A stretch of 64,000 nt of DNA. It comes from a virus. Lineage: Duplodnaviria > Caudoviricetes. This document shows positions 61,260 through 64,000 of the stretch, in pieces. The stretch is taken from IMG/VR virus record IMGVR_UViG_3300032270_001329, positions 2,440 to 66,439 of that record; one strand, given 5' to 3'. A program made the translations under genes and the position numbers. Each line of letters begins with the position of its first letter. Position 1 is the first letter of the stretch. The notes beneath the pieces were generated by a model. The model had not been told where the DNA came from and searched no databases. It saw only the letters and a list, made by a program, of their open reading frames with translations.

Positions 61260-61703
61260 TTATTCAGGCTGCTGCGGCCACTCTTCCAGGCCACCGTTTG
61301 TCACCAGCTCAGCCAGATCGCCAACAGATTTGCAGGCAGCAATTTGAACTTCCCGTTCACCTGAAACGCGGCGAACCTCTGCGCGGTAATCCAAGATCTC
61401 GGCTGGAACGTCCAGGGACGTTTCAAATTGACGGGTGATGTACCAATCGGTGGAAGCCAGGAGAGTGCCTGCAGTTTGTTTCTGCTGGGCAATCCACTGT
61501 TTCTTAAGATCTTCGAGGTTTTTGGGGATGCCGTGGTCCCAGTAGAACCTCTGATCGACTGGTTCGGGGTCGGGTTGCCAGGAGATGCCAGCAGCTTTTT
61601 TATCTTCTTCGCTGCTCAGACGAAGCCAATTGGCCGGATATTGAAGGTCGTTTAAAACAAAAGGTACATCAACGGGGATAACCTTCCCACCAGCGACAAA
61701 CAT
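61260..61703 (-). CDS. Tail fibre assembly chaperone-like protein
   Basis: YPANWL..LASTDWY..YRAEVR. Confidence 0.7.
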   Translation of the reverse strand: MFVAGGKVIPVDVPFVLNDLQYPANWLRLSSEEDKKAAGISWQPDPEPVDQRFYWDHGIPKNLEDLKKQWIAQQKQTAGTLLASTDWYITRQFETSLDVPAEILDYRAEVRRVSGEREVQIAACKSVGDLAELVTNGGLEEWPQQPE

Positions 61704-61765
61704 TTTAACTCTCTTTTTTTATCAGTTTAATCGACCTTACCACTGGCTTGTGCCCGTTTCATAGG

Positions 61766-64000
61766 TCAGCGGGCGAGGGAGAATTTCGCTGGGGTTTCAG
61801 CCCAAGCGCAGAAAACGTAAGTTGATCCGCTTCCGTTTATAGCTGAAGAAGTTCCTCTGATTTTTATACCATTACTGAGGAAATCCCAGTATTTATTTGC
61901 GCCGGAGTTTTCTGCAACACTGAGGTTTGGAAACAAGATACTGTTGTAAGCAGAGTTGTACGGATCTCTTCTGTTGTCAAGAATGACCCAATCATTTGAG
62001 CTATTGGTTTGCTTAACGATTACGACTGCCGGTGTGAAGCCAAGATGTATGTAAACGCCGTCGCTGGATCCGTTGCCCGTGTAGCTGCCGAACTTGCTGA
62101 AGCCCGCGACTTCGGACCACAGGTAGGCGACGTAGGTGCCGGTGTTGGCATTGACCACAGTGGAGGTGCCGACAGAAAACACGCTGCTGGTAGGAGTTGT
62201 GTTGTTCCACACGCTTCCAGAAGTAGACCCTTGGGTTCCGTTTAAGTACATATAATTGCCGTTGCCCATGCTGACGTGATACACCCCCCAGTCTTCAGCG
62301 GCATCACGCCTTTTAACGACCATCCAGCTTGGCGCAACACCAAGCGAGTGAGCGATGGTGCGTGCAGTGCCATTCCCCGTATAGGTCACAATGTCAAACC
62401 CCGGCGTGGCGCTTTCGTCCCAGCACCAGGCGACGTAACCGCTGCCGTTGTTGTTCCACTCACTGGTTGCCGTGCCTCCGGTAGTAGTTGCCGCGACTGT
62501 AAATCCGTCAGAGGTGAATGCTCTAAACCAGTTGTTCGCTGTATTGGTATTTTCGGCTGCAGTGCTGTTGCTTTGAAGATACGCCGTTGTTCCGCGCACT
62601 TGATCCTGCAACACATGGCCAGCACCAGCCACTTCGCGGTTCTTGATCCACACCAGATCAGGCGAAAACCCAAGGCCAGTGACGGTCAGAGTTCCGTTAT
62701 TGCCGGTGTAGAGTTTGGCGTCGAAGTACGTCCCCGGCTTCTTAATCGACGGCTCGGGCAGGTTTTGCGTGTTCAGCGCCACGAAGCCCGACGGCGGGGT
62801 GTACGCGAAGGGGCGTTGGCCGAAGTTGGCATAGCCCTGAGGGCTCCCAATGTCATCTGTTGCGACTGCAAATGTGCAATTACCTTGGGCAAAAAACGCA
62901 GATGATGTAATGACACCTTGGCTTGTGCCATTCTTAAAAAATTCAATTGTATTTGCAGTGGGATCAACAGCAACACCGATGATGTCATTTGCTGCCCATG
63001 AAGCTCCATAAGCTGACTCGGTCCCAAGCACTCGCTTGTTTCCACCAGCTCTATAACTAACATTTGTACTTTGTGAATGAAGCGCACCTGTTCCTGCCGT
63101 GTCGCTTACTGGAACAACTCCAATGGAAGCGGGTGAAGTGACAACATCAAAGAAAAACTCGGCATACGATTTGCCAAGAATTGCCATTGTGCCACGAGCG
63201 TATGTATTGGCCACACCGTTGACACCTTGTACTTGCAAATTTCCATTTTTAAGGGTTGCTCCACCAAAAAAAGCTGATGCAAGTATGGCGTTAAACGTGC
63301 AGTAATTCCCCCTGCCATTGCCGCCATCGGCGTAGGGCGTTGGGGTGTCGATCAGGCTGTCGTTGCCGGCGCCAGCGGTGACGCTGAAGTTGTTGGGCGT
63401 GAAGTTGTTGCCGTTACCGCTGCTGTCCTTGCCCAGCGTGGTGCTGGTGGTGCCGCTGTTGTCCGAGAAGTTGAGGTAGAAGGAGTTTACGTCATTTACG
63501 GTTACCGCATATGAACTGCTAGAAAAGAAATCGCCATTTGCAAATTGATAAACAGCGTATTGGCCTGTCGTCTGATGACCAGATCCTCCAAGCACACTAA
63601 ATGTCGTAGAGGCTTGAGATGTCCAAGTGACGCCATCGTCACTAGTCCAGACATTGATCGTGCGACTATCGCCAGAGCCAGCAGTAAAACGGAAAATCTT
63701 TGACTTAGCGCCAGCCGAATAAATGGCAACGCTTGGGTTTGACGTACCCGATGAACTGTTTCCGCCCAGCGCATTGCCAGATGACACCGAGGTCATAGAA
63801 GACCATGAACCCGGACTACCTGTTCCCGAATATGCTTTGTAATCCCATGAAGTTGCAGAAGAGGTTGTGTGGATGTACCGTTTGGGCTTCCAGACGCCGG
63901 TGATGGTGTCGGTCTCGCCAAATGACGAAGGAGTTAACTGCTGCCCATCAATACTGTGGAACTCAGTAATGTAACCATCAAAATAAGTCCCATCTCTCGG
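61766..64000 (-). CDS. Tail fibre with LamG/SPRY-like modules, partial (open to right edge)
   Basis: Frame stays open beyond track start 63796 (FDGYITEFHSIDGQQLTPSSFGETD); NFGQRPFAY, PDLVWIKNR, EVAGFSKFGSYTGNG. Confidence 0.85.
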   Translation of the reverse strand, partial: PRDGTYFDGYITEFHSIDGQQLTPSSFGETDTITGVWKPKRYIHTTSSATSWDYKAYSGTGSPGSWSSMTSVSSGNALGGNSSSGTSNPSVAIYSAGAKSKIFRFTAGSGDSRTINVWTSDDGVTWTSQASTTFSVLGGSGHQTTGQYAVYQFANGDFFSSSSYAVTVNDVNSFYLNFSDNSGTTSTTLGKDSSGNGNNFTPNNFSVTAGAGNDSLIDTPTPYADGGNGRGNYCTFNAILASAFFGGATLKNGNLQVQGVNGVANTYARGTMAILGKSYAEFFFDVVTSPASIGVVPVSDTAGTGALHSQSTNVSYRAGGNKRVLGTESAYGASWAANDIIGVAVDPTANTIEFFKNGTSQGVITSSAFFAQGNCTFAVATDDIGSPQGYANFGQRPFAYTPPSGFVALNTQNLPEPSIKKPGTYFDAKLYTGNNGTLTVTGLGFSPDLVWIKNREVAGAGHVLQDQVRGTTAYLQSNSTAAENTNTANNWFRAFTSDGFTVAATTTGGTATSEWNNNGSGYVAWCWDESATPGFDIVTYTGNGTARTIAHSLGVAPSWMVVKRRDAAEDWGVYHVSMGNGNYMYLNGTQGSTSGSVWNNTTPTSSVFSVGTSTVVNANTGTYVAYLWSEVAGFSKFGSYTGNGSSDGVYIHLGFTPAVVIVKQTNSSNDWVILDNRRDPYNSAYNSILFPNLSVAENSGANKYWDFLSNGIKIRGTSSAINGSGSTYVFCAWAETPAKFSLAR

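Noticed and set aside
58868-64000. Diversity-generating retroelement or shufflon in the tail genes
   Set aside because: No reverse transcriptase or invertase in the window, no adenine-specific TR/VR pair, and no inverted repeats seen.
1-64000. Prophage, integrase or phage RNA polymerase
   Set aside because: No tyrosine/serine recombinase, att site, host flank or T7-type RNAP recognised in this window.

Overview
A 64-kb segment of a dsDNA tailed phage genome, almost certainly a cyanophage of a picocyanobacterium (Synechococcus/Cyanobium type). From memory the gene set resembles S-EIV1-like freshwater phages, but I could not verify this. Layout: (i) 1-11.5 kb, minus strand: packaging/head block (scaffold-like gene running off the left edge, portal, terminase, a run of Gly/Ala/Pro-rich putative virion proteins). 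(ii) 12.2-26 kb, mostly plus strand: early/accessory region of small genes (SSB, PcfJ-like, acidic micro-proteins, ThyX, ArdC-like, Asp/Asn beta-hydroxylase, DUF4278-like). (iii) 27-42.7 kb: replication block (family A DNA polymerase, dCMP deaminase, tandem-OB SSB, Gp157-like, PD-(D/E)XK exonuclease, primase-D5 helicase). (iv) 42.7-55.7 kb: mixed region (tail cassette, HNH-like genes, atypical methyltransferase, lysozyme-like, prolyl hydroxylase, Dps, three tRNAs). (v) 55.8-64 kb: lysis genes and tail-fibre genes running off the right edge. No integrase, RNA polymerase, reverse transcriptase or CRISPR array was seen, and the major capsid gene is presumably outside the window. The most notable signals not explained by the ORF track are: a putative nitrogen-responsive module (three intergenic NtcA-type TGTA-N8-TAC boxes, a DUF4278-like small protein, two divergent NblA-like proteins); a family of conserved, covarying intergenic hairpins in the early region (RNase III-site-like); four compact structured RNA candidates, including a D-armless tRNA-like element; a promoter-in-loop hairpin that sequesters a start codon; and long dual-coding overlaps (portal/scaffold, 512 nt). 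All family assignments come from motif recognition by eye; no database search or RNA folding was run.
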